Origin: Chitinophagaceae bacterium
GTDB taxonomy: Bacteria > Bacteroidota > Bacteroidia > Chitinophagales > Chitinophagaceae
Direction of reading: 5' to 3'
Assembly: GCA_046329585.1 (NCBI GenBank)
Contig: JAXLUI010000001.1
Location: 168,846 to 232,845 of the forward strand
DNA length: 64,000 nucleotides
Shown: one piece after another, positions 49,106 through 59,273 of the stretch
Layout of the letters: each line of letters begins with the position of its first letter
How positions within the stretch are numbered: the first letter of the stretch is position 1
The notes under the pieces: generated by a model
The model's database searches: none
Told to the model about the DNA's origin: nothing
Seen by the model: the letters and a program-made list of their open reading frames with translations, nothing else
Position numbers and translations under genes: made by a program

Positions 49106-49229
49106 AACAGTTGTTTTTGTTTGGTCTGTTTAATTGTATCAGCCATTAAAATAACAAATATGTTTGTATCCTGTTAGCGCCTGTACATTTTTATTCTGCA
49201 CATATGGCAACCTTAACTACTTTAGCCGC

Positions 49230-50144
49230 ATGAAACCTGTTTATCAATTTCCGTTGTCATTCATTCTTATCTCCTGGGCTTCTTTGTTAACCAATAGTTC
49301 CTTGGCAGCACTGGACAGCAGCCTTATCAAACTGCAGCAGCAGGTTCAGTCCCTGCTGGGCGCACAGAAGGGTAACTTCGCGGTAGCATTCAAAGACTTG
49401 TCATCCGGCAAAACAGCTTTTTTCAACGAACACGAAAATTTTCATGCGGCCAGCACCATGAAAACACCCGTGATGATCGAAATTTATAAACAGGTGAAAG
49501 AGAAGAGATTTAAACTCACTGATTCCATCGTTTTAAAGAACGAATTCAAAAGCATCGTTGACGGCAGTCTATATAGCCTCGACACAACCGATGACAGCGA
49601 AGCTGATCTTTATAAACACATCGGCGAAAAGAGAACCGTCTACCAGCTGATGTATGAAATGATCACGGTAAGCAGCAACTTCGCCACCAACACACTTATA
49701 GAAAAGGTTGGCGCTAAAAACGTGTTGCAAACCATGCGCAGTTATGGTGCCAACGATATACAGGTGTTACGTGGCGTGGAAGACCAGGAAGCATTTGACA
49801 AAGGATTAAATAACACCACCACTGCTTATGACCTTATGCTGCTCTTTGAGAAAATTGCCAGCGGCAAGGCAGTAAATAAGAAGTCATCAGCAGCAATGAT
49901 CAACATCCTGCTTGATCAAAAGTTCAACGAGATCATCCCGGCGCAATTACCAAAACAGGTGAAAGTAGCACACAAAACGGGCTCTATCACCGGAGTTGAG
50001 CACGATAGCGGCATCGTGTTTTTGCCTGATGGTAGAAAATATATTCTGGTGATTCTTTCCAAAAATCTTATTGATACCGATGCATCGGTAAAAGCAATGT
50101 CGGATGTATCATTGCTCATTTACCAGTATATAAGTAAACATTGA
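49230..50144 (+). CDS. Class A beta-lactamase-like serine hydrolase
   Basis: S-x-x-K motif FHAASTMK, SDN-like region, and KTG triad HKTGSITG. Confidence 0.7.
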   Translation: MKPVYQFPLSFILISWASLLTNSSLAALDSSLIKLQQQVQSLLGAQKGNFAVAFKDLSSGKTAFFNEHENFHAASTMKTPVMIEIYKQVKEKRFKLTDSIVLKNEFKSIVDGSLYSLDTTDDSEADLYKHIGEKRTVYQLMYEMITVSSNFATNTLIEKVGAKNVLQTMRSYGANDIQVLRGVEDQEAFDKGLNNTTTAYDLMLLFEKIASGKAVNKKSSAAMINILLDQKFNEIIPAQLPKQVKVAHKTGSITGVEHDSGIVFLPDGRKYILVILSKNLIDTDASVKAMSDVSLLIYQYISKH

Positions 50145-50186
50145 AAATGGCAATAGCACCGATTTTACTAATCCGTTTTTATTTAA

Positions 50187-50588
50187 ATGCCTTACATGAA
50201 CACTAAATACCTGATGATTTCCAGCGCTGCATTTATGGCTTTATCCGGCCTCGCCACAACATTTCTGCCACAGGAAATATTAAACAACCTGGGTCTTAAT
50301 TCAAATGCAGGGGCAGCAGTTTTTATCCAGGTTACGGGCGCTCTTTATCTTGGTTTTGCCATGATGAACTGGATGGCAAAGTCAGTGCTCATTGGCGGCA
50401 TTTATGCAAGGCCATTGGCAATGGGTAACTTCCTGCACTTTGCCGCCGGTGCTATGGCATTAATAAAATTTGCGATGGCTGGTGCTTCAAACGCATCTTT
50501 ATGGGTCGCTGCAGCCAGTTATGCAGTCTTCGCAATAATGTTTGGTAAAGTGATTTTTACGAGCCCTGCAAAGATGGTTAAGGAATAA
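50187..50588 (+). CDS. Small hypothetical membrane protein (DoxX-like topology)
   Basis: Four hydrophobic segments. No motif was recognised. Confidence 0.4.
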   Translation: MPYMNTKYLMISSAAFMALSGLATTFLPQEILNNLGLNSNAGAAVFIQVTGALYLGFAMMNWMAKSVLIGGIYARPLAMGNFLHFAAGAMALIKFAMAGASNASLWVAAASYAVFAIMFGKVIFTSPAKMVKE

Positions 50589-50659
50589 AAACGATCCATA
50601 GCGTGTACTTCAAAACCAGGAGCATGCGATCAGTTTAAACAGTTATATTCTTGGTACAT

Positions 50660-51208
50660 TCAGGAATCCAGGCAGGCATCTCGCAGCATTCTCATATAAG
50701 CGGGCCCTTTCTCACGGGCAAAGCTTATGTTTCTTTCCGGAATATTACCGGGGCTTTTAAAGTGTTGCAAAGCCTTATCTATGCTCGATTCACGTAACAG
50801 GTGAATCATGGGATAAACGGAGCGGTTGGTATAATTGGCTGCATCTTCTTCCTTTGACTTGGCAAACAAATACTGCGGGTGAAAACTTGCCAGTTGGTAC
50901 ACACCTTTATACCCCTGTTTTTTTAATTGCTTTTCTGCAAGCCATACCATGTCGAGATAATCATTGAAATTTTCAAAAGCATTGGGGAAAATAACAAATG
51001 AAGTTTCGATGCCTGCATTGTCATCAAGCCGTAGGAGTTCCTGCAGCACGGTGTTAAGACAGGTATGCAGTTCGCTGCTCATTTCAACCCGGTAAAAAAT
51101 CTTTTGTTGTTTTACCACGTTGGAAGCGAAAGGGCAAAAGTTGAGCCCGACAACCACATCCAGTATCCACTTTTCTGTTTGTTCTACTACTTTTTCCGGC
51201 GTAAGCAT
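50660..51208 (-). CDS. Conserved hypothetical protein (tentatively DUF1415-like)
   Basis: A 182-aa ORF. The assignment is a recall-based guess. Confidence 0.4.
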   Translation of the reverse strand: MLTPEKVVEQTEKWILDVVVGLNFCPFASNVVKQQKIFYRVEMSSELHTCLNTVLQELLRLDDNAGIETSFVIFPNAFENFNDYLDMVWLAEKQLKKQGYKGVYQLASFHPQYLFAKSKEEDAANYTNRSVYPMIHLLRESSIDKALQHFKSPGNIPERNISFAREKGPAYMRMLRDACLDS

Positions 51209-51317
51209 AGCTACTGAAGATTAACCGGGTAAAGCTAACGGTATTTGCGAGGCCTGCAATAACATTTGACAAACACGGCACATGGTAAGGGTAGACCGAT
51301 GAAGCGGGTTCAGAACG

Positions 51318-51336
51318 CCGAAGTGAGTGACACAAC
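51318..51336 (-). repeat. Family-2 repeat (5'-truncated)
   Basis: ccgaagtgagtgacacaac. Confidence 0.75.
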
Positions 51337-51471
51337 AGGCGCCGCCACCTGCACCGCTGCCCGTAAACATACCTGCTAAGTTTTCTTTCCGCTATCAAAC
51401 AGTTTGTCCGCTATCGGACAACTTTCAATCTTCGATTTTGCATAAAGCCTTGCTTTTCAATAAACAACGTT

Positions 51472-51488
51472 TGGCATTCGACTTGAAA
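51472..51488 (+). promoter_or_regulatory. Weak sigma54-like -24/-12 candidate (TGGCAT-N5-TTGAA) upstream of the efflux operon
   Basis: TGGCATTCGACTTGAAA. The GG spacing is correct, but the -12 element reads GA instead of GC. It lies 24 bp upstream of the HlyD start. Confidence 0.2.
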
Positions 51489-51511
51489 CACTACTGGTCA
51501 AATTCGCATGC

Positions 51512-52759
51512 ATGGACACGATGATAGAAGCTGAAGTGCAATCAAAAAAGAAGAGAAAGACAATACTGGTTATCGCAGCAACGCTGGTTGCCATCGCACT
51601 GGTTTCCTGGTCCATGCGCATCGTGTTTGTTCCATCGATTGACAAAAAAGATTTCGTTAGCGCCATTGTGGAAACCGGCGATATTGAAAACACCATTACG
51701 GCAAGCGGCGAAGTCTTACCCGAGTTTGAAGAAGTGATCAGCAGCCCGGTTAAAGCCTCTGTGCAAAGTGTGTTACTCGATGCCGGCACGCAGGTGAAAG
51801 CAGGCGAGCCTGTGCTTACGCTCGATAAATCTGCATCGCAAACGGAGTATGAGAAAATGAAATTTGAGCTGGAGACAAAACGAAACAACATAAGTAAACT
51901 GAAACTTGAACTGGACAAAAGTTTTTACGATATCCAGTCGAACAACGACATCAAGCAACTGCGTATCGGGAGCCTGGAAGCTGACGTGGAAAATGCAAAG
52001 CGGTTATACAAGGCCGGCGGAGGCACCAGGGAAGATATTGAGAAAGCAGAACTGGCTCTGAAAGTGGCCAACCTGGAAAAACAACAATTGGAAAACGAGA
52101 TCAAAAGCAAGCAACAAACCATGCAACTCGAAATGCGGCAATCTGAGATCGATGCAGCGATACAGGAGAATGACTTAAAAGCATTGGAAAGAAAGTTAAC
52201 GCTGGCAAATATCGTAACAACCAGGGCAGGTGTGATCACCTGGGTCAACAAAAACATTGGGACTATGGTGAATGAAGGCGATCCGCTGGTGCGCATAGCA
52301 GACCTTAGCAGTTTCAAGGTACAGGGCAGCATTTCGGATAATTATCTTGACCAGTTGCGCAATGGTATGGCAGTGATCATACGCATCAATGAAAACACGA
52401 TCCGCGGCATTGTTAATAATATTTACCCCTCTGTTCAAAACGGCATTGTAACGTTTGATATACAACTCGCCGAACGCAACAACCCTTTGTTGAGGCCAAA
52501 CATGAAAGTGGACGTTTACCTCGTCACCGACGCAAAGAAAAAGGTGATGCGCGTGGCGAATGGGGGCGCTTTTAAAGGCGCTTCAACACAGGATATTTTT
52601 ATCATCAGCGATGGAAAAGCCATAAGAAAAGCTGCGCATATCGGCCTCAGCAATTTTGACTACGTGGAATTGAAAGACAATGTAAAACCTGGCGACGTGG
52701 TGATAGTTTCTGATATGAGCAATTTTAAAAACGCTTCCGAGATAAAGATCAACCAATAA
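51512..52759 (+). CDS. HlyD-family membrane fusion (periplasmic adaptor) protein
   Basis: N-terminal TM anchor. Long coiled-coil hairpin and C-terminal beta-barrel motifs. Confidence 0.8.
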   Translation: MDTMIEAEVQSKKKRKTILVIAATLVAIALVSWSMRIVFVPSIDKKDFVSAIVETGDIENTITASGEVLPEFEEVISSPVKASVQSVLLDAGTQVKAGEPVLTLDKSASQTEYEKMKFELETKRNNISKLKLELDKSFYDIQSNNDIKQLRIGSLEADVENAKRLYKAGGGTREDIEKAELALKVANLEKQQLENEIKSKQQTMQLEMRQSEIDAAIQENDLKALERKLTLANIVTTRAGVITWVNKNIGTMVNEGDPLVRIADLSSFKVQGSISDNYLDQLRNGMAVIIRINENTIRGIVNNIYPSVQNGIVTFDIQLAERNNPLLRPNMKVDVYLVTDAKKKVMRVANGGAFKGASTQDIFIISDGKAIRKAAHIGLSNFDYVELKDNVKPGDVVIVSDMSNFKNASEIKINQ

Positions 52760-52811
52760 AAGACAACATACACAAACCGCAGGCCTAACGTATAAAGCCA
52801 AAGAAAGGAAA

Positions 52812-54272
52812 ATGAAACAACTGACTGTATATATAGCCTTCATACTCTTAAGCCAGATTAAACCCTTTGCGCAGGCAAGTGATACCGTTTTACTTTCACT
52901 GGACGAAGTGATTGATATGGCTAAGGCTAAATCGATCGAATCAAAACAGGCGTCCACTACCAAAGAAACAAAGTATTGGCAGTGGCGCACGTACCGGTCA
53001 AACTATCAGCCGCAGTTGCTGTTAAGCGGCACCTTACCCGCATACAGCAAGACTTTCACGCAGGTGGTGCAGCCCGACGGAACAATATTGTTTCAACCGA
53101 TCCATTACAATAACTCTTCGCTCGATCTTTCTTTCAGCCAAAGTATCGCGGCAACAGGCGGCACCGTGTTTGGCACTACCGCCCTTCAGAAATTCAACAA
53201 CTTTGATGAGAAGACACAGCTCTACAACACAGTTCCGTTTAGTGTCGGGTACAGCCAGCCGATATTCCAGTTTAATTCGCTGAAGTGGGATAACCGCATT
53301 GAACCACTCAAATACAACGAAAGCAAACAGGCTTTTAGCGAGTCGATGGAACTGATAGCCATTACAGCAAGTGTATATTTTTTCGACTTGTTGCTGGCGC
53401 AGGTAAACTACCAGATCGCAGGAACAAACCTCGACAACAACCGGAATATTATGCGGATCGCCAACGAAAAATTCGACCTCGGCAAAATATCAAAGAATGA
53501 AATTTTACAGTTACAGTTAGAACAGTTAAAAGCAGAAAAAGCGGAAGGCACAGCTAAGAGGGATATGGAAATTGCACAGCTAAACCTGCACGCTTATACG
53601 GGCATTCAGTCAACGGATAAGATTGCCCTGCGCCTTCCTTCGGAGATAAAAGAGTTGAGTATTTCTGCGGACAAAGTCTTGTCAGAAGCGTATGCCAATA
53701 GAAGTGATGCAATCGCATTCGTACGCCGCATTGCAGAAGCACAGCGCGATGTAGCGAAGGCGAAAGGCGACAATGGCCTTAATGCAAAACTCACGGCCAA
53801 TCTTGGTTACTCACAAAGCGCGTCAACGATTTCAAAAGCGTATGTTTCCCCGCAGGACCAGCAATTGCTGTTGCTCGAATTCGACATCCCCATTCTTGAT
53901 TGGGGCCGATCAAAATCACGCACAAAAACAGCGGAAGCCAACCTGAAATTTGCCGAGTATTCGGTGGAGCAGGATAAGCAAAACTTTACACAGGAAATTG
54001 TTACGCAGGTAACGCTTTTTGAAATGATGAAAGACCAGGTGAAGCTGACTGCAAAAGCTGACAGCATTGCATCGGAGAAATACGAGATTGCGCAGCAGCG
54101 TTATGTTTACGGCGATCTCAGCATCACCGACCTCAGTATCGCCTTCCAGGAAAAAGACCAGGCGAAACGCGACTACATAACGGCGCTTCGTGATTTTTGG
54201 GGCGCGTTTTATAACCTGCGTTATCTTTCCCTGTACGACTTTGAAAAAGGAATGAAGATCGTGTACAGGTGA
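52812..54272 (+). CDS. TolC-family outer membrane efflux protein
   Basis: Signal peptide. Two tandem TolC-like repeats with characteristic coiled-coil segments. Confidence 0.8.
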   Translation: MKQLTVYIAFILLSQIKPFAQASDTVLLSLDEVIDMAKAKSIESKQASTTKETKYWQWRTYRSNYQPQLLLSGTLPAYSKTFTQVVQPDGTILFQPIHYNNSSLDLSFSQSIAATGGTVFGTTALQKFNNFDEKTQLYNTVPFSVGYSQPIFQFNSLKWDNRIEPLKYNESKQAFSESMELIAITASVYFFDLLLAQVNYQIAGTNLDNNRNIMRIANEKFDLGKISKNEILQLQLEQLKAEKAEGTAKRDMEIAQLNLHAYTGIQSTDKIALRLPSEIKELSISADKVLSEAYANRSDAIAFVRRIAEAQRDVAKAKGDNGLNAKLTANLGYSQSASTISKAYVSPQDQQLLLLEFDIPILDWGRSKSRTKTAEANLKFAEYSVEQDKQNFTQEIVTQVTLFEMMKDQVKLTAKADSIASEKYEIAQQRYVYGDLSITDLSIAFQEKDQAKRDYITALRDFWGAFYNLRYLSLYDFEKGMKIVYR

Positions 54273-54392
54273 ATGGCAGGTAAAAAGGGAGGAAGTTGAC
54301 AGGCCCAACTGCGGCAGCAAAGATTCGGGATGGCACATCTGTATTATCGAACACAAGGCAACCACGTTTTTAACAATAGAAAACAATAACAC

Positions 54393-55058
54393 ATGATACG
54401 TTTACAAAACATTGAAAAGGTTTACCGCACAGACACAGTTGAAACACTCGCCTTAAACAGTGTGAGCCTGGATATTGCCAAAGGGGAGTTTCTTTCCGTC
54501 ATGGGCCCTTCGGGTTGCGGCAAGAGTACATTGCTCAATATAATGGGCCTGCTTGATATGCCTACAAAAGGTGAAATAAGGATCGGTGATAACAAAACGG
54601 AAAACTTAACCGATAAGCAGCTTGCGCAGTTCAGGAATAAAACCATCGGCTTTATTTTCCAGAGCTATCATTTGATCAACGATTTAAAAGTGATAGACAA
54701 TGTAGAATTGCCTCTGCTCTATCGCAGCCTTTCAGCCAAAGAAAGAAAAGAACTTGCCGGAAAGGCACTGGAAAAAGTTGGGTTGAGCAATCGCGTAAAA
54801 CATTTTCCTACACAGCTATCTGGCGGGCAGAAACAACGTGTTGCCATTGCAAGGGCTATCGTTGGCAGGCCTGAGATTATTCTTGCAGATGAACCTACGG
54901 GTAATCTCGACAGTGCAATGGGCAACGAGATCATGGATATTCTTTTGCAACTGAACCAGCGCGACGGTACCACCATCGTAATGGTAACCCATGATGAAAA
55001 CATGGCGAAGAAAACACACCGGCTCGTGCGGTTATTTGATGGAAGCCAGGTACAGTAG
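54393..55058 (+). CDS. ABC transporter ATP-binding protein (MacB/LolD-type)
   Basis: Walker A GPSGCGKST, signature LSGGQKQRVAIARA, Walker B ILADEPTGNLD. Confidence 0.9.
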   Translation: MIRLQNIEKVYRTDTVETLALNSVSLDIAKGEFLSVMGPSGCGKSTLLNIMGLLDMPTKGEIRIGDNKTENLTDKQLAQFRNKTIGFIFQSYHLINDLKVIDNVELPLLYRSLSAKERKELAGKALEKVGLSNRVKHFPTQLSGGQKQRVAIARAIVGRPEIILADEPTGNLDSAMGNEIMDILLQLNQRDGTTIVMVTHDENMAKKTHRLVRLFDGSQVQ

Positions 55059-55106
55059 CCAAAAATCCGGGCGCCAGGATGGAGCATGCTGAATAGAGAA
55101 CCGGTT

Positions 55107-55126
55107 GTACAAGTGAGTGACACAAC
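55107..55126 (-). repeat. Family-2 repeat, perfect
   Basis: GTACAAGTGAGTGACACAAC followed by aaag. Confidence 0.85.
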
Positions 55127-55191
55127 AAAGATGCATAAAGATGCAACGGCCGGGCAAATACAAACTACACTCATAACACTGATAACATTTT

Positions 55192-56430
55192 ATGCTAACA
55201 AATTATTTTAAAATAGCCATCGCTGTGCTGAAGCGGAGAAAGTTTTTCACGTTCATCAGCCTGTTTGGCATAAGCTTTACGTTGACGATTATTATTGTAA
55301 CCACTGCGTTTGTCGATAATGTCATCAGCAACAATTACCCCGAAGTGAACAGGGACCGCAGCCTGTATATTAATTTTTTGCAGCAACGAAATTCCAAGTT
55401 TGGCTCCGAAATGAATGGCCCGGCAAGCTACTATTACATGGATAAATATGTAAACAGTTTGAAGACGCCGGAAAAAGTTGCCATCGCTTCGCTGTTCATG
55501 CCGGTAAACGCCTACGTGAATAATAAAAAACTTGTAGTGAACAACAAGTTTACCAACGAAGGCTGGTGGGATGTAATGCAATACGAGTTCCTGGAAGGCA
55601 AACCATACACGCAACAGCAGATAGATAACGGTGATCGTGTTGCGGTGATAACCGATGACCTGAAGAAAAACTATTTCGGCGATGTGCCGGCGGTGGTGGG
55701 TAAGTTTATAGAGGTCGACAATGTGCAATACCGCATAACCGGGGTTGTAAAAAGTGTTCCGGTAACCATGCTCATCTCTTACGCTGATCTTTTTGCTCCA
55801 TATACTGTTTCAAAATCAGATTACAAAAGCAAGGAGTTTGCCGGCATATACTCGGCTGTGCTATTGGCACACTCGAAAGCCGATATTCCAAAAATGCAAC
55901 AGGAATATGCGGATGTGGTTGCTAAAATAAGACCCGACCGAAAAGATTTCGACCAGTTCAAAAGCAATGCCGACACCTATGTGGCAAGTTTTACCAGGCA
56001 AATGTCCAACGAAAACGACGGCACAGGTTTATCTTTTCTAATTACAGTTGCCGTTATTTTTATTTTGTTTTTCATGTTGCTGCCAACACTGAACCTTGTA
56101 AACATTAACATCAGCAGGATCATGGAACGTTCGTCTGAAATAGGCGTGCGCAAAGCGTTTGGCGCTTCATCCAAAACCCTCGTGTGGCAGTTTATCACCG
56201 AGAACATTATACTTACCTTTTTCGGCGCGGTTATAGGTATTCTCTTGTCTTTCGTAATCCTGCAGGCAATCAACAACAGTAACCTTATCAACAACATTCA
56301 CCTGTCGATCAATTTTACCGTATTAATGTTCAGCCTGCTGGCAACACTCGTATTCGGGCTACTATCGGGTGTTTACCCCGCATGGCGCATGTCGAGGTTG
56401 CAGGTGGTTACCGCTTTAAAGGCGCAATAA
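55192..56430 (+). CDS. ABC transporter permease, FtsX/MacB-like
   Basis: N-terminal TM, large periplasmic MacB_PCD-like domain and a C-terminal 3-TM FtsX domain. Confidence 0.8.
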   Translation: MLTNYFKIAIAVLKRRKFFTFISLFGISFTLTIIIVTTAFVDNVISNNYPEVNRDRSLYINFLQQRNSKFGSEMNGPASYYYMDKYVNSLKTPEKVAIASLFMPVNAYVNNKKLVVNNKFTNEGWWDVMQYEFLEGKPYTQQQIDNGDRVAVITDDLKKNYFGDVPAVVGKFIEVDNVQYRITGVVKSVPVTMLISYADLFAPYTVSKSDYKSKEFAGIYSAVLLAHSKADIPKMQQEYADVVAKIRPDRKDFDQFKSNADTYVASFTRQMSNENDGTGLSFLITVAVIFILFFMLLPTLNLVNINISRIMERSSEIGVRKAFGASSKTLVWQFITENIILTFFGAVIGILLSFVILQAINNSNLINNIHLSINFTVLMFSLLATLVFGLLSGVYPAWRMSRLQVVTALKAQ

Positions 56431-56455
56431 ATTAATCAAACATCAAAAACATTTT

Positions 56456-57655
56456 ATGATACGGCATTTATTCAAACTGGCATGGAACAAGAAGAAACAA
56501 AACTTCCTGCTGATAACGGAGATGTTTGTCTCTTTTATTGTAATGTTCGCAGTGTTTACGCTCATGGTGTTCTATTACAACAACTATAAAACTTCTATGG
56601 GTTTTGATTACGATAATGTATGGGTAGCCAACTACACGCCGCCCCAAAATATCACGACCACTGATTCTTTTCAGATCTTTCATCAAAGCCTGGGGAATAT
56701 GGTCAGGTCTATGCCGCAGGTGAATGACATCAGCTTTACCAGTGCCAATGTTCCCTTCGCCATGAGCACCAACAGCACAGAAGTAAGTTTTGGCAATAAC
56801 CGGCATATCCGCACCAACGTATATCAAACAGAAAATGATTATAAAAAGGTGCTCAATTTGAAAATGGCAGAAGGCCGTTGGTTTACCGATGCGGATAAAA
56901 TCACAGGCAAGTACACACCTGTGGTGATCAACAGCAAACTGAAAGAATCGTTGTTTGGCAATACCGCTGCAATCGGTAAAATAATCAGGGAAGAACAATT
57001 TGACGAGGTGCCCCCCGCAGACAAGTACCGCGTGATTGGTGTAGCCGAAAACATGAAAGACAAAGGCGATTACCAGGAAGTTGAAAACGGTATGTTCGTT
57101 GCCATTGATACCGGCTGGATGCGCAATGCCGGTAACATCCTCATTCACGTAAAACCCAATGCCGATGCAGCTTTTGAAGGCAGGCTATCAAAGGCACTTT
57201 CCAACGCCATCGGCACAAGCATTGAGATCGAACACCTTGATAAAAAGCTGCAAAGCAAAAACCTGTTAATGCTCGTTCCTTTGATTATCGCATTGATTGT
57301 TGCCGGCTTTCTCATCATCAATGTCGCACTGGGTTTATATGGGGTGTTGTGGTACAACATCAACAAACGAAAAGCAGAGATCGGCTTGCGGAGGGCTGTT
57401 GGCGCTTCCGGCGCAGATGTGTCAAAACAACTGGTTGGCGAAGCGCTGGTGCTTGCGACCATCGCACTTATAATCGGTACGTTTTTCGCCGTGCAGTTTC
57501 CGTTGCTCAATGTATTCGACCTGCCGGCCGGCGTATATATTACAGCGCTGCTGCTCGCCGTGTTGTTCATTTACTTACTGGTACTGTTTTGTGCCTTATA
57601 CCCCGGCAGGCAGGCCGCGGCAATTTATCCCGCCGTTGCATTGCATGAAGAATAA
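56456..57655 (+). CDS. ABC transporter permease, FtsX/MacB-like (second copy)
   Basis: Same architecture. It has LRRAVGASGADVSKQLVGEALVL. Confidence 0.8.
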   Translation: MIRHLFKLAWNKKKQNFLLITEMFVSFIVMFAVFTLMVFYYNNYKTSMGFDYDNVWVANYTPPQNITTTDSFQIFHQSLGNMVRSMPQVNDISFTSANVPFAMSTNSTEVSFGNNRHIRTNVYQTENDYKKVLNLKMAEGRWFTDADKITGKYTPVVINSKLKESLFGNTAAIGKIIREEQFDEVPPADKYRVIGVAENMKDKGDYQEVENGMFVAIDTGWMRNAGNILIHVKPNADAAFEGRLSKALSNAIGTSIEIEHLDKKLQSKNLLMLVPLIIALIVAGFLIINVALGLYGVLWYNINKRKAEIGLRRAVGASGADVSKQLVGEALVLATIALIIGTFFAVQFPLLNVFDLPAGVYITALLLAVLFIYLLVLFCALYPGRQAAAIYPAVALHEE

Positions 57656-57690
57656 TGATGGGCCGGCCTCAAGTAATGCTATTAAACATT

Positions 57691-57710
57691 CTTGCGTCGC
57701 ACACTTGTGC
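57691..57710 (+). repeat. Family-1 repeat (forward), left arm of the pair between the efflux permease and the regulator
   Basis: cttgcgtcgcacacttgtgc followed by tttcgcagcaatg. Confidence 0.85.
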
Positions 57711-57822
57711 TTTCGCAGCAATGTGCGGCTGATGATGAGTTCGGACTTCTGAGGGAATGCTCAAAAAGGGTAGCACGAAAAAAGTTGTGCATACGCAAAC
57801 AACAGCGCATAGTTATTCTTTA

Positions 57823-57842
57823 GTACAAGTGTGCGACGCAAC
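57823..57842 (-). repeat. Family-1 repeat (reverse, perfect), right arm
   Basis: GTACAAGTGTGCGACGCAAC. Confidence 0.85.
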
Positions 57843-57896
57843 GATGTTGATAAGCGGCAAAAAGCTGGTAACAAAAAATAGTAAATTGCCTTTCAG

Positions 57897-59273
57897 ATGA
57901 TGATATTAATCATTGATGACGATATTGCGGTTAGAACTTCTCTCCTGCTGTTGCTACGCAACGAAGGTTTTACAGCCTGCGCTGCGGCCAATGAACAGGA
58001 AGCCCTGCAGTTGTTGAAACAGGAGCCTGTTTCGCTGGTGATGCTCGATCTCAATTTTTCAATTGAAACATCGGGCGAAGAAGGCATGGCGCTGCTACAG
58101 CAGGTAAGGCAAATGAACGCCGTTGTCCCCATTATTCTCATCACCGGTTGGGGCACTATTGAACTGGCGGTACAGGGTATGAAGCTTGGCGCCAATGATT
58201 TTATCAACAAGCCATGGAACAACGACCACCTGCTCCAATCCGTCAACACGCTGCTAAACCTCCGGGACAAAAAGAAAGAGCAGCACAACCGCAAACAGCT
58301 CGATAGCCTGTACAATTTTCAGCACATCATCGGTGAAGACCAGCGCATGCTGGAATTGCTCGAAACAATTGGCCGTGTGGCCGAAACGGATGCATCGGTG
58401 TTGGTGTTGGGCGAGAGTGGAACAGGCAAGGAACTGATCGCGGAGGCGATTCATCACAACAGCAAAAGAGTAAACAAACCATTTATAAAAGTGAACCTTG
58501 GCGGCATCTCCACCAGCTTGTTTGAAAGCGAGATGTTTGGCCATGTGCGCGGCGCTTTTACCGATGCAAGAGCCGATCGTATCGGCCGTTTTGAACTGGC
58601 AAACAAAGGCACCATCTTCCTCGACGAAATAGGCGACCTGGATGCCGGCAGCCAGGTAAAACTGTTGCGCGTGCTGCAGGACAGGACCTATGAAGTGCTT
58701 GGCAGCAGCCGCACAAAAACCGTTGATGTGCGGGTGATCAGCGCCACAAGTAAAAACCTGAACGGCATGGTGGAAAAAGAAACATTCAGGGAAGATCTTT
58801 TATACCGCATTAACCTGATTACCATTCACCTGCCGGCGCTGAGGGAAAGGCCAAAAGATATTCCGCTGCTGGTTAACTTTTTCATCGGTAACCTGAAAGA
58901 AATCTATAACAGGCCTTCGCTTGCGGTTTCGCCGTCTGCAATAAAATGGATGCAGCAATTGCCATTACCCGGCAATATCCGGCAATTGAAAAACCTGGTT
59001 GAACGTACGGTACTGGTAAGCCGGAAAGACTTGCTGGACACCAGCGACTTTCAATCGCAACTGGAGTTGTCGCCGGCAAAAAAAGGAACCATGCAATTAC
59101 CGGAAATCGGTGCATTGACTCTAGACGAGATAGAAATGCTGATGATAAAAAAGGCGCTGGATTTTCACCGGAATAAAATATCCAAAGCCGCAGCGTCATT
59201 GGGTTTAACAAGAAGCAGCTTATACCGCAGGCTGGAAAAATACAATATACCGTACGATGAAACTCCGGAATAA
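57897..59273 (+). CDS. Sigma54-dependent response regulator (NtrC family)
   Basis: REC domain (LIIDDD...D54-like MLDLNF). AAA+ sigma54-interaction domain with Walker A GESGTGKE and GAFTDA. C-terminal Fis-type HTH. Confidence 0.85.
   Translation: MMILIIDDDIAVRTSLLLLLRNEGFTACAAANEQEALQLLKQEPVSLVMLDLNFSIETSGEEGMALLQQVRQMNAVVPIILITGWGTIELAVQGMKLGANDFINKPWNNDHLLQSVNTLLNLRDKKKEQHNRKQLDSLYNFQHIIGEDQRMLELLETIGRVAETDASVLVLGESGTGKELIAEAIHHNSKRVNKPFIKVNLGGISTSLFESEMFGHVRGAFTDARADRIGRFELANKGTIFLDEIGDLDAGSQVKLLRVLQDRTYEVLGSSRTKTVDVRVISATSKNLNGMVEKETFREDLLYRINLITIHLPALRERPKDIPLLVNFFIGNLKEIYNRPSLAVSPSAIKWMQQLPLPGNIRQLKNLVERTVLVSRKDLLDTSDFQSQLELSPAKKGTMQLPEIGALTLDEIEMLMIKKALDFHRNKISKAAASLGLTRSSLYRRLEKYNIPYDETPE

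Noticed and set aside
56468-57148. 226-aa antisense ORF inside the second FtsX permease gene
   Set aside because: It is antisense to a well-supported CDS and rich in Cys/His/Phe codons from reverse-complemented hydrophobic codons.
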